Source: Gemmatimonas sp. (lineage in GTDB: Bacteria > Gemmatimonadota > Gemmatimonadetes > Gemmatimonadales > Gemmatimonadaceae). From it: 64,000 bases of DNA. The notes under the pieces were generated by a model, which saw only the letters and a list, made by a program, of their open reading frames with translations, searched no databases and had not been told where the DNA came from. Shown here one piece after another: positions 52,651-61,916 of the stretch. Numbering within the stretch: position 1 is the stretch's first letter; every line of letters begins with the position of its first letter. A program made the translations under genes and the position numbers. Where the stretch lies: assembly GCA_965279375.1 (NCBI GenBank), contig OZ257156.1, positions 1,728,001 through 1,792,000 on the forward strand, in the 5' to 3' direction.

Positions 52651-53235
52651 TCAGTCCAACATGTCGCATAGCGAGATCGAAAGCCCGGGGAGCGGCTCCT
52701 CGCCGTCCAGAAGACCGCCCTCCGGTTCGTCTGCTGCGATGATCGTTTCGCTGCCATCCGCTCGATAGACTCGGGCCTGTCGTCGCGCTGGATCTATCAC
52801 CCACACCAGCCGACTGCCCGCGTTGAGCCAATCGCCAACTTTGGCGAGCACTTCCCCCGCTCGGTCACCCGGAGACAACACTTCGACCGCAAGATCGGGC
52901 GCGAACTCCGCGAAGCCACGCGGTACGTCCGTTGGAATTCGTGCCGCGCTGACGTACGCGACGTCAGGTGCGCGCACGGTGTCCGGGCCGCGTCGCAGCG
53001 TGAATCCCGTTTCGGCGGCGAGTACGCGTCCACGAGGGGCCGAAAGTCCCAGCGCCGTGCGCTCCGCGGTGAGATGAGTACTGATCGCCACCAGTACCCG
53101 CGCGGCGACGTCGCCGTGAAGCCACTCCGCTGGCTCGCGCACGATCAGCCGACCGTTCACCAACTCGGTGCGCATGTGCGGCACCGGGTTCTCCAGCAAC
53201 TCCTCCGCCGTCATCAGCACTGGTACCGGAGACAT
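52651..53235 (-). CDS. Uma2 (DUF820) family endonuclease-fold protein
   Basis: AAGGAG RBS; MTAEEL, ELVNG, RAPDVAY, PDLAVEVLSP, VWVIDP, LPG. Confidence 0.9.
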   Translation of the reverse strand: MSPVPVLMTAEELLENPVPHMRTELVNGRLIVREPAEWLHGDVAARVLVAISTHLTAERTALGLSAPRGRVLAAETGFTLRRGPDTVRAPDVAYVSAARIPTDVPRGFAEFAPDLAVEVLSPGDRAGEVLAKVGDWLNAGSRLVWVIDPARRQARVYRADGSETIIAADEPEGGLLDGEEPLPGLSISLCDMLD

Positions 53236-53329
53236 CGCGGCCCTCCTTCGAATCGCCCGAGAGTTTGTCATCCCCCCACGCTACGGCGCGCCGTCAACCG
53301 GACATCATCGCACGGCGCGCTCGCGCTCC

Positions 53330-54217
53330 CTACTTCACATTCGCCCGGAAGAACGCGACCGTCCGATCCCACGCCAGCTTTGCCGCCGTCGCATCGAACC
53401 GCGGGGTCGTGTTGTTGTTGAAGCCGTGCTGCGTGCCCGGGTACACGAACCGCTCGTAGCGCACTTCCGCAGCCTTCAGCGCCGTCTCGTAAGCGGGCCA
53501 GCTGTCGTTGATGCGCTGGTCCGTTTCTGCACTCTGAATGATGAGTGGCGCCTTGATCTTGGGTACTTCGGCCAGATCCGGCGACGAGCCATAGAACGCA
53601 ACGCCGGCCGAGAGGTCGCCTCCAAGCTGCGTGGCCAGGAAGTTCACCATGCCGCCGCCGTAGCAGAAACCCACGGCGCCGATCTTTCCTGTGCACTCGG
53701 GGCGTGCCTTCAGAAATCCGGCCGCGGCGATGAAGTCCTGTCGCGTCTTCGGCTGCTCGAGCTTGGGAAACACTTCGCGTGCCTTCTCTTCGTCGCCTGG
53801 ATAGCCGCCCAGCGGAAAGAGTGCGTCCGGCGCGAACGCCACGAATCCGTCCGTCGCCAATCGACGCGCGATGTCTTCGATGTGCGGGTTGAGACCGCGG
53901 TTCTCGTGAATCACCAGCACGCCGGGCGCCTTGCCACCGCTTGATGGCTTGGCGAGATAGCCGCGCATCGTGCCGTAGCCGTTGGGAGACGGATACTCGA
54001 TGTACTGCTGCTCGATGCGCGCGTCGTCGTGCGCAATGACCTGCGCCTCGAGGAACTTTGGGCTCAGCTGCTCCAGCAGCATCAGCGCCGTCACGCCACC
54101 CACCGCGTACTTGGACGCCTTCTCCAGGAAGCCGCGGCGATCGATCCCGCCGTGAACGTAGGCGTCGAACAGAATGAGAAGGTCCTGATCGAAATCGTGT
54201 GCGGTCTTCTGTTCCAT
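53330..54217 (-). CDS. Dienelactone hydrolase family protein (YghX-like)
   Basis: HENRGLNPHIED, GFCYGG nucleophile, HGF; RRGFL N-terminal motif. Confidence 0.92.
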   Translation of the reverse strand: MEQKTAHDFDQDLLILFDAYVHGGIDRRGFLEKASKYAVGGVTALMLLEQLSPKFLEAQVIAHDDARIEQQYIEYPSPNGYGTMRGYLAKPSSGGKAPGVLVIHENRGLNPHIEDIARRLATDGFVAFAPDALFPLGGYPGDEEKAREVFPKLEQPKTRQDFIAAAGFLKARPECTGKIGAVGFCYGGGMVNFLATQLGGDLSAGVAFYGSSPDLAEVPKIKAPLIIQSAETDQRINDSWPAYETALKAAEVRYERFVYPGTQHGFNNNTTPRFDATAAKLAWDRTVAFFRANVK

Positions 54218-54275
54218 GGCAGGGCGGGGCGGGAGTGAGTCGTGACCAGACGACGAAAAGCTACGGCGTACGACT

Positions 54276-54322
54276 ACGCCTCCGCGAGGAGTCGCCTTGC
54301 TGGCGTGTCCTCACGGAGGCGT
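54276..54322. terminator. Long intergenic hairpin between PadR and hydrolase genes
   Basis: ACGCCTCCGCGAGGA...TCCTCACGGAGGCGT inverted repeat; no U-tract. Confidence 0.4.
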
Positions 54323-54369
54323 TCTCCACCTGGCCTCCGCGAACGCACTGTCGCGATTCGCCGGTAGCG

Positions 54370-54981
54370 CTATCTCGTCGTCACGCCGCGTAGTTCAGCG
54401 GCGGCCTTCTCGAGAATCGCGGTGATCGCCGCAATCTGCTCCGGGCTCCGACGACCGTTCATCATCGCCGCACCAAACTCCTTGGCCAGCCCGATCATCG
54501 CCTCGCGTGCCGGACGCACGCCGTCACCAAAGACGGCATCGCCGAACTGACTCACGCGGTCGAACAGCTCGTCTACCACCGGACGATTCTCTGCGAGGTG
54601 CGCGCGACCCGCATCGGTGATGGCGTACACCTTCTTGCCGCCCTCTTCCGGTGTGGCCACCGCATAGCCCAGATCCTCGAGCATCGTCAGCGTCGGGTAG
54701 ATCGCGCCAGCACTCGGCGTGTATCGCCCGTGCGAGCGCTCCTCCAGCTCCTTGATGATCTCGTAGCCATGACGCGGCTTTTCATCGAGCAGGCGCAGGA
54801 TCACCAGCTTGAGATCCCCCTGATCGAACATTCGGCCGCCACCGAACGGTCCACCGCGCCGCTTCGGTCCGCCGCCGCCAAAGAACGCACTGAAATCGGC
54901 GTCGAACCCCGTCCACGGCCGACGGCTGCGGCAATCCGCGCCACGCGCGTCGAACCGCCATTCCTTGTGGTGATGCCACAT
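54370..54981 (-). CDS. PadR-family regulator, YqjI-like
   Basis: AAGGAG RBS; GDLKLVIL.LL...PRHGYEIIK...YTPSAGAIYPTL...KKVYAITDAG; His/Gly-rich N-terminus. Confidence 0.9.
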   Translation of the reverse strand: MWHHHKEWRFDARGADCRSRRPWTGFDADFSAFFGGGGPKRRGGPFGGGRMFDQGDLKLVILRLLDEKPRHGYEIIKELEERSHGRYTPSAGAIYPTLTMLEDLGYAVATPEEGGKKVYAITDAGRAHLAENRPVVDELFDRVSQFGDAVFGDGVRPAREAMIGLAKEFGAAMMNGRRSPEQIAAITAILEKAAAELRGVTTR

Positions 54982-54997
54982 GGTGTACTCCTTGTTG

Positions 54998-55073
54998 AGA
55001 TATGTCTCGCGCAATATCGAACGATATATCGCAAGATGTATCGTACGATAGTTCTCGCGATATATCGTGTCAA
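54998..55073 (-). promoter_or_regulatory. Sigma70 promoter of PadR gene overlaid by six phased CGATATATCG-like boxes
   Basis: Minus-strand TTGACA(55073-68)-N17-TATCGT(55050-45); 10-mers at 54998, 55010, 55022, 55034, 55046, 55058. Confidence 0.8.
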
Positions 55074-55125
55074 GTAGCCCGTGGTGCGGTCGCCAGCCGA
55101 GGGCTGGTGGCGGTACCTTCGCCCC

Positions 55126-56370
55126 ATGCGACTCCAATTCCTCGCCCGCTCTGCGGTCGCGCTCTTCGCGATCGCCACGCTGACTCCCGCGGCACAACCG
55201 CTCGGTGCGCAGGGTGGCGCTGGAGCCGCCGACACCAGTTGGGCCGCGCTGCAGGCCACGTTCCGGCGCTACGTCGCCTCGGACAGCATCGTGGGCGCCT
55301 CACTGCTCGTCGCTCGCAACGGCGTTCAGCTCCAGCGCGACAACGTCGGACTCGCCGACCGCGCGCTCAATCAGGGCGCCAACGACGCCACCATCTACCA
55401 CTGGGGCTCGATCACCAAGACGCTCACCGCCGTCGCCATCATGCAGCTTCGCGATCGCGGCAAGCTCTCCCTCGACGACCGCGTCACGCGCTGGCTGCCG
55501 GAGCTCCGGCGCATCCACAACCCGTACGGGTCTATGGATGACATCACCATCCGCATGCTGCTCTCGCACAGCGCCGGTACGCGCAACGGCACGTGGCCCT
55601 ACGGCGACGGCAGCGCGTGGCAGCCCTTCGAGCCCACGTCGTGGGAGCAGCTCGTCGCGATGATGCCCTATCAGCAACTGCTCTTCGCGCCCGGCACCCG
55701 TTACGGCTACAGCAATCCCGCGTTCGTCTATCTCGCGCGCATCATCGAAGCGATCACCGGCGATCCGTGGGTGCACTACATCCAGAAAAACATCTGGACG
55801 CCGCTCGGGCTCACGCACAGCTACGTCAACGGCACGCCCTATCATCTCGCCGCGGATCGCAGCAACAACTACACAGTCGTCCGCGACTCGCTGTCGGGTA
55901 ACGCTGCGTCGCCGTCGTTTCGTCTGATCGCCAACGGGCGTGACTTCGACCCGGGCATCACCATCCCCAATGGCGGTTGGAATGCGCCTGTCGGCGATAT
56001 TCTTGGCTGGGCAGCGTTTCTCACCAACGCCACGGGCGGCGAAGCGCGCGCCCAGAAGACGTTCGACACCGTGCTTTCCCGGAAGTCGCTCGACGAGATG
56101 TGGCGCGCCGTCGTACCGCTCGACAACACCAAGCCCGCTGAGGGCGCGATGGGGTTGTCATTTTTCCTCTACGAGCGCGGCGCCGAACGCATCATCGGTC
56201 ACACCGGCTCTCAAGCGGGCTTTCGCGCATTTCTGTATTTCAATCCGCGCAGCAAGCGCGTGGTCATCGCCGTCTACAACACCAGCAGCGACGTCATACT
56301 GAACGGCGCCGCCCAGGCACAACGTGCCCTGAACGACGCCGTCTTTCGCTATCTCGAGAAGGCGCCCTAG
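55126..56370 (+). CDS. Serine hydrolase, beta-lactamase/PBP-like superfamily
   Basis: Signal peptide; SITK (SxxK), LLSHSAG, YSN, HTG. Confidence 0.88.
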   Translation: MRLQFLARSAVALFAIATLTPAAQPLGAQGGAGAADTSWAALQATFRRYVASDSIVGASLLVARNGVQLQRDNVGLADRALNQGANDATIYHWGSITKTLTAVAIMQLRDRGKLSLDDRVTRWLPELRRIHNPYGSMDDITIRMLLSHSAGTRNGTWPYGDGSAWQPFEPTSWEQLVAMMPYQQLLFAPGTRYGYSNPAFVYLARIIEAITGDPWVHYIQKNIWTPLGLTHSYVNGTPYHLAADRSNNYTVVRDSLSGNAASPSFRLIANGRDFDPGITIPNGGWNAPVGDILGWAAFLTNATGGEARAQKTFDTVLSRKSLDEMWRAVVPLDNTKPAEGAMGLSFFLYERGAERIIGHTGSQAGFRAFLYFNPRSKRVVIAVYNTSSDVILNGAAQAQRALNDAVFRYLEKAP

Positions 56371-56386
56371 TCGGGGCGCCCAATGG

Positions 56387-56779
56387 TCACGGCAGCTTCT
56401 TGGCGTCGAACGGGAAGGCGCCCATGCCGGCGAGTTCGAGCTGGCCGACCATGGCGTTGTTGTCCTTCACCACGCCTGTGCCACGAAGCTCCGCCTGCTG
56501 GCCACCCATGTCGATCGTGAACGTGAACATCACGGTGTCGCCCGTGACGGTTCCGGTAAGCGGGCGGACACCGCCCATTTCAGGGATATCCCACGTGCCA
56601 CTCACCTTCCCACCTTCCTGCTTGAGCACCACTTCCGAGGTGCGCGTCTGGTCGGGGGCGGCGACGCTGAACGCCCACTTGCCGGTCACGTCGGCAAAGA
56701 GGTGCTGCGCGGCAGCGGTGACAGCGGAGAGCGACAGCATGGCCGCGGTCGCAATGGCGGCGATCTTGGTTCTGGTCAT
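56387..56779 (-). CDS. Hypothetical secreted beta protein
   Basis: Signal peptide AAA-Q; DVTGKW, LKQEGGKVSG. Confidence 0.7.
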   Translation of the reverse strand: MTRTKIAAIATAAMLSLSAVTAAAQHLFADVTGKWAFSVAAPDQTRTSEVVLKQEGGKVSGTWDIPEMGGVRPLTGTVTGDTVMFTFTIDMGGQQAELRGTGVVKDNNAMVGQLELAGMGAFPFDAKKLP

Positions 56780-57000
56780 GGCACGAGGGGCGAAAGGGGG
56801 GACTGAAATCTGACCACAAACCTACGCGCGAAGTCTACCCGGGTGTCAGCCCCCCGTTCGACTCACCGACTACTTCATCATGGTCGGCGCGGGGTAGGCG
56901 GGCCGGACTTCGACCGCGCCGGTGAGTGCCGACGGAATCCGGGCCGTAGGATGCCTTGCTCGAACATGCGCCAACGGTCGATCCGCTCGCACGTCCGCGT

Positions 57001-57044
57001 CGTGCGTCCCATTCGTGTGTCCCATTCGTGTGTCCCATTCGTGT
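57001..57044. repeat. 13-bp tandem repeat, about 3.4 copies, intergenic
   Basis: CGTG(C/T)GTCCCATT x3 + CGTGT. Confidence 0.85.
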
Positions 57045-57208
57045 ACACTCGCTGTCCTCATTTCCGGAAGCCGCCCACCGCGCGCAGAAGCTAAAGCGTT
57101 GCTGTCGAACGGTTTGAGCGCCGCCCATCGGGCCGACGGTTGAGGTACGGATAATGCTGCAACACGGTTGAAAGCTCCCCGCCGTCTTTTCCTTCCCGGA
57201 GTGGCACC

Positions 57209-58810
57209 ATGAAACGTGCATTGTCCGTCGCCAGGTCCGACCCGCAGGCTGCCACACGCGCGCGCGTCGCGCCCACGCCCGTTACACTGACGCCCGTCGC
57301 GCTCTCGATCATCGCGCTCTCCGCTGCGGCGCTGATGTCGCCGATCCGGGCCCACGCCCAGATCGCCAGCGCCCCGCTCGCCGACAGCTACGACCAGTCG
57401 CGGTACTCGGCCAACCAACTCGACAACCTCGTCGGGCCGATCGCGCTGTATCCGGACGCGCTGCTCGCACAGGTGCTGGTCGCCGCCACCTTCCCCGACC
57501 AGATCGACGACGCGGCCAGCTACGTGCGCGCCAACGGGACCTCCGGCATCGACGACCAGCCGTGGGACGTCAGCGTGAAGTCGGTGGCGCACTACGCCTC
57601 CGCGCTCAACATGATGGCCGATAAGAGCGACTGGACCGCCACCCTCGGTCGGGCCTACGCCAATCAGTCGAGCGATGTCATGGCCGCCGTGCAGCGCATG
57701 CGCCGCATGGCTGATTCGCAGGGCAATCTCGTCTCCAATCAGCAGCAACAGGTGGTGCGCGAGGCCGACAACTACGTCATCGTGCCCGCCCAGCCGCGCG
57801 TCATTTATGTGCCGGTTTACGATCCGGTCATCATCTACACGCGGCCGATCTTCAACCTCGGATTCTCGAGTCGCTTCTGGTCGTTTGGCGTCGGCTTCCC
57901 GATCGGCGGCTGGCTGTCATACGATCTCGATTGGGGACGGCGCTCGGTCTACTACAACGGTTGGAGTGACGCCTACTTCGCGTATGGCGGCGGCTGGCGT
58001 GCACGGTCTCGTCCGTTCGTGCAGATCACCAACATCTACGTGAATCCGCGCTATCGCGACGTGTATGTGAATCGCAACGTCGTGCATCGCACCGTGAACT
58101 ACCGCAACGTCGATCGCTACGCCGGCGTGCATCGCGACACGTACTTCGACCGTGACGGATACCGGAACGGTGGGCGAGTCAACGCGCGTGACGGCTATCG
58201 CGATGGCAACGCGCGTGGCGGTGACACTCGCAACGGCAACGATCGCGGCGGCGACAACCGCGGCGGAGACAACCGCAACGGAAGCACGCGTGGCGGCGAC
58301 AGTCGCAATGGTGACAACCGCAACGGCGACAACCGCGGTGGCGACAACCGCGGTGGATTCCCGTACGGCAGCGATCTCGGTCGACGCGCAGAACCGCGCG
58401 CGGATCGCCCTGCAGCGACGCCCGATGGCTACCGCGTGGGCTCCACCGACCGTGGCACCACACGTGATCAGGGCGGCATGGCGAACGCGCCGGAAAATCG
58501 CCGGCGCGAGCCGGTGGTCCGCAGCAACGACATGAGTGTTGCTCCGGACGTCGGGCGTCCGGCGCGAGACAATGGCAATCCGTCGTACGGTGGAAACAAC
58601 GGCGGATACGGCGGCGGTGATGCACGTGGCGCACGTCCCGAACGTGTGGAGCGCGCTGCACCGGCACCGCGCGCGGAGCAGCCGTCGGCACCCAGGCAGG
58701 AGCGTGCGCGCGAGTCAGCGCCGCGTCAGTCGCAAACTCGCTCCGCGCAGCCGCGGGGCGAGCGTTCCTCCAACAACGGCGATCGCGGCCGAGGACGTCA
58801 GGGCGCCTAG
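57209..58810 (+). CDS. DUF3300 domain protein with Arg/Gly/Asp/Asn low-complexity tail
   Basis: QLDNLVGPIALYPDALLAQVL, WDVSVK, DWT..LG.A, VM.AVQ..R, IYVPVYDP; RGGDN repeats. Confidence 0.88.
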   Translation: MKRALSVARSDPQAATRARVAPTPVTLTPVALSIIALSAAALMSPIRAHAQIASAPLADSYDQSRYSANQLDNLVGPIALYPDALLAQVLVAATFPDQIDDAASYVRANGTSGIDDQPWDVSVKSVAHYASALNMMADKSDWTATLGRAYANQSSDVMAAVQRMRRMADSQGNLVSNQQQQVVREADNYVIVPAQPRVIYVPVYDPVIIYTRPIFNLGFSSRFWSFGVGFPIGGWLSYDLDWGRRSVYYNGWSDAYFAYGGGWRARSRPFVQITNIYVNPRYRDVYVNRNVVHRTVNYRNVDRYAGVHRDTYFDRDGYRNGGRVNARDGYRDGNARGGDTRNGNDRGGDNRGGDNRNGSTRGGDSRNGDNRNGDNRGGDNRGGFPYGSDLGRRAEPRADRPAATPDGYRVGSTDRGTTRDQGGMANAPENRRREPVVRSNDMSVAPDVGRPARDNGNPSYGGNNGGYGGGDARGARPERVERAAPAPRAEQPSAPRQERARESAPRQSQTRSAQPRGERSSNNGDRGRGRQGA

Positions 58811-58821
58811 CCGTCGGCGCG

Positions 58822-58879
58822 CGCTGACAGCACACGGCGGTGTGTTGTCAGCGTTGCGTTGGAACGTTCAGCGCAACGC
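58822..58879. terminator. Two abutting hairpins between convergent genes
   Basis: CGCTGACAGCACAC/GTGTGTTGTCAGCG and GCGTTGCGTTG/CAGCGCAACGC. Confidence 0.55.
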
Positions 58880-58881
58880 GC

Positions 58882-60348
58882 TCAACGCTTTCGATCAGCG
58901 AGTTCCCGCTGCGCACCAGAGCGCGGCAGCAACACGCTGCACAGCACCATGGTCAGCACATTGAGCATCAGCGCGACGATCCCGATGTTGACATCGGTGA
59001 GCGCGGGCGGAAGTGACGGGAACATCGTTGGCAGCGTGAAGTCGCCAAGCGTCACCACGGCCACGGCGAGCTCGCCCACCACGATCCCCGCGATGGCACC
59101 CGCGCTCGTGACCATGCGCGACGGCATCAAACTGGCGAGCAAGCTCGGAAAGAGCTGCGTCACCATGCTGTAGGCCATCAGCAGCAGCGCGACCAGCGTG
59201 TCGCCGCCGCGGAACGTGAAGACCAGCGCCACCGCAGCGATTGCCGGCACCAATGCGCGCGCCAGGCGAACCGAGCCCGCTCCCTGCTGCGCGACCGCGG
59301 GCCTGAACAACCGCGACAGCGTGGTCGCGATCGTCATGAGAATGAGTGAGCCCGGCACCAATGCCGTGAGCAGCCCCGCCGCGCCAACGAACCCAACGAT
59401 CCACGGTCCGTACGCCAGCTTCGTCACGCGCAGCAATGCGAGATCCACATCCGCGCCCTTGAGTCCTGGAACGGACAACAGCGCTGCGAACCCCACGAAC
59501 AGCACGAACAGCAGAATGAGCTGATACAACGGCATCAGCGCGGCGTTGCGCCGAAACACATCGGCGCTCTTCGCGGAGAACAAACTGCCGAACGTATGCG
59601 GCCACATGTAGAAACCGCAGACCGTCATCAGCACGGTGCTGGCAAACCAGCTGGGCGACATCCCCACGTCCGGAAGCATCAGGAAGCCGGGATGCTCCGC
59701 GTTCACGCGAACGAACATCGCCGCGATGCCGCCGTGCAGTGTGTTGGGGAGTGCGATCGCGAGTCCGAGCACCGCCGCCAGCACCATCGCGTCCTTGAGC
59801 GCCGCCGTCATCGCCGATCCGCGAATGCCGGAGAGCGTCACGTACACCACGGTGGCGATGGTGCCAATCCAGATCGCCGTGGTGCTGCCGATCGCACCGT
59901 AGCTCGTTTCGGCCACGATGAGGCCCAACCCCTTGAGCTGCAGCACCAGATACGGAATGAGCGACGCGACACTCACCAGCGCGACCAGTCGCCCTAACCA
60001 CGCACTGTCATACGCCGTGGCGAAGTACTCCGCTTGCGACAGCACTTTCCATTGTGTGCCGCGGCGCCAGATCGCCGGCAGCAGCCAGTACGACATCACG
60101 TAGGCGACGGCACCGTAGGCCACGATGTAGAACGCCGGCGCGCCACGCCCGTACGCCCAACCGCTCCCGCCGAGAAAGGTGAACGTGGTGTACAGCTCAC
60201 CCGCCAGGAGCAGGAAGACCAGCCACGTGCCAAAGCCACGGCCTCCCATGCTCCACTGCTCGAGTGTCATGTCGCTGTGTGCGGCGCGCACGCTCAGTCC
60301 CAGCGCCAACAGCAGGGTCGCAGCCAGAATCGCGAGCGAGATACTCAC
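58882..60348 (-). CDS. Sodium:solute symporter family protein (YhjB-like)
   Basis: About 13 TM segments; WSMGGRGFG, GELYTTFTFLGGSG, GFYMWPH; GTGA overlap with upstream gene. Confidence 0.88.
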   Translation of the reverse strand: MSISLAILAATLLLALGLSVRAAHSDMTLEQWSMGGRGFGTWLVFLLLAGELYTTFTFLGGSGWAYGRGAPAFYIVAYGAVAYVMSYWLLPAIWRRGTQWKVLSQAEYFATAYDSAWLGRLVALVSVASLIPYLVLQLKGLGLIVAETSYGAIGSTTAIWIGTIATVVYVTLSGIRGSAMTAALKDAMVLAAVLGLAIALPNTLHGGIAAMFVRVNAEHPGFLMLPDVGMSPSWFASTVLMTVCGFYMWPHTFGSLFSAKSADVFRRNAALMPLYQLILLFVLFVGFAALLSVPGLKGADVDLALLRVTKLAYGPWIVGFVGAAGLLTALVPGSLILMTIATTLSRLFRPAVAQQGAGSVRLARALVPAIAAVALVFTFRGGDTLVALLLMAYSMVTQLFPSLLASLMPSRMVTSAGAIAGIVVGELAVAVVTLGDFTLPTMFPSLPPALTDVNIGIVALMLNVLTMVLCSVLLPRSGAQRELADRKR

Positions 60349-60551
60349 TGCTGATGTCGGTCGATCACGCCGATGAGCGCCATGCTCGCCGACGACAGCA
60401 GCGTTCCGATAACGATCCACGCCAAAAGGAACGGCATGCCGAGGACGAATGGCTCGATGCGATTGGCGAACCAAGGCGCGCCCAGCACCCACACGACCGG
60501 AATCAACGCGATCACGTGATGCGGCCGGAAGGCGCCGCGCTCGGCGGTCAC
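60345..60551 (-). CDS. DUF3311 (YhjC-like) small membrane protein
   Basis: Two TM segments; NRIEPFVLGMPFLLAW; precedes SSS gene. Confidence 0.85.
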   Translation of the reverse strand: MTAERGAFRPHHVIALIPVVWVLGAPWFANRIEPFVLGMPFLLAWIVIGTLLSSASMALIGVIDRHQQ

Positions 60552-60554
60552 AGG

Positions 60555-61751
60555 TCAGCCAAGAAGATCGAGCGTGGCCGCGACGAGATACTTGAGTCCC
60601 ACGCCCAGCGAGCGTTCGTCGATCTGGAAGCGCGGGTGATGATGCGGATACGCGATGCCTGCATCCACGTTGCCGGCGCCCACGAAGGCGAAGACGCCCG
60701 GCGCCTTCTGCTGATAGGCCGAGAAATCCTCGCCGCCCATACTGGGGCGCATCGGCGCGAGGATGTCGGCGCCAAAGGTGCGCTCCACCACCGAGGCCAA
60801 TCGCGCGGTCAACGCGGCGTCATTGACGACCGGTCGGTACCCGCGCTCGAAAGTGAGGTCGTAGGTGGCGCCGTGCGCTTCGGTGATCCCCTTGATGACG
60901 CGCTCCATCAACTGCGGTACGCGCGTGCGCACATTCGCGTCGAAGGTGCGATACGTACCCGCGAGATACGCCGCGTTGGGAATGACGTTGAACGTGGTAC
61001 CCGCGACGAACTGCGTCACGGAGACAACCACGTTGTCGAGCGGATCGACGTTGCGCGACACGATGTGCTGCAGCGCGGTGACCACCTGCGACGCAACGGC
61101 GATGGGGTCTACAGTCTCATGCGGTGCCGCAGCGTGTCCGCCCTTGCCGATGACGTGGCACTGGAAGGTGTCCGGTGCGGCCATCGCCGGCCCGGAAATC
61201 AGGCCGATCAAGCCGTAGGGCAGGGTGCTCCAGAGATGAAGCCCGATCACGTGCTGGACGCCGTCCATCACGCCCTGCTGCACCATCTCTTCCGCGCCGC
61301 CGGGGGAAAGCTCCTCGGCGTGCTGAAAGAAGAACCGCACTTCGCCACGCAGCGCATCGCGATGGCGTGCCAGTAGTGTGACGAGGCCGAGGACGATGGA
61401 GGTGTGTCCATCGTGCCCGCAGGCGTGCATCGAGCCTTCGTTGCGCGAGCGGTACTCGCTCTCGTGCTCTTCAAGGATGGGCAGCGCGTCGATGTCCGCG
61501 CGCACCGCGATCGTCGGGCCGGGCTGTGCACCCACCAGGCGCGCCATCACGCTCGTCTCGGTGGGGCGAGTGATCTCGAGCCCGTCGATGGAGGCAAGCG
61601 TTTCGCGAATGAAACGCGCGGTTTCGTGCTCCTGAAACGCCTGTTCCGGGTGCATGTGCAGGTGGCGACGCCACGCGATCACCTGCGGTGCGATCGCATC
61701 GGCCTCGGCCAGCAGTGACGGAAGATCGAGGGTAGGGGTGATCGTCGTCAT
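60555..61751 (-). CDS. M20D-family amidohydrolase
   Basis: RRHLHMHPE, RADIDALP, MHACGHDGH, AEE, GGEDF, HHHP.F. Confidence 0.93.
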   Translation of the reverse strand: MTTITPTLDLPSLLAEADAIAPQVIAWRRHLHMHPEQAFQEHETARFIRETLASIDGLEITRPTETSVMARLVGAQPGPTIAVRADIDALPILEEHESEYRSRNEGSMHACGHDGHTSIVLGLVTLLARHRDALRGEVRFFFQHAEELSPGGAEEMVQQGVMDGVQHVIGLHLWSTLPYGLIGLISGPAMAAPDTFQCHVIGKGGHAAAPHETVDPIAVASQVVTALQHIVSRNVDPLDNVVVSVTQFVAGTTFNVIPNAAYLAGTYRTFDANVRTRVPQLMERVIKGITEAHGATYDLTFERGYRPVVNDAALTARLASVVERTFGADILAPMRPSMGGEDFSAYQQKAPGVFAFVGAGNVDAGIAYPHHHPRFQIDERSLGVGLKYLVAATLDLLG

Positions 61752-61916
61752 GTGCTCGTCATCAGGATGAGTCTGGAGCGCGGGGCGTGCGTGAGCCCGC
61801 GACCTCTCGGACGTAACCTAGCGCTCGTCGAACCTTCTGCGCACGGGTTCCCAAGGGATGCGGTTCTGCAGCGGGCCGGATGCAACCGATTCGCGTAGAA
61901 TCGCGTAAGTTCCGCC

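Noticed and set aside
52651..53235. Uma2 gene as a restriction or defence system
   Set aside because: Solitary, with no methylase or partner; such genes are commonly scattered
55126..56370. Bona fide beta-lactam resistance gene
   Set aside because: SxxK/YxN/HTG only place it in the broad serine hydrolase superfamily
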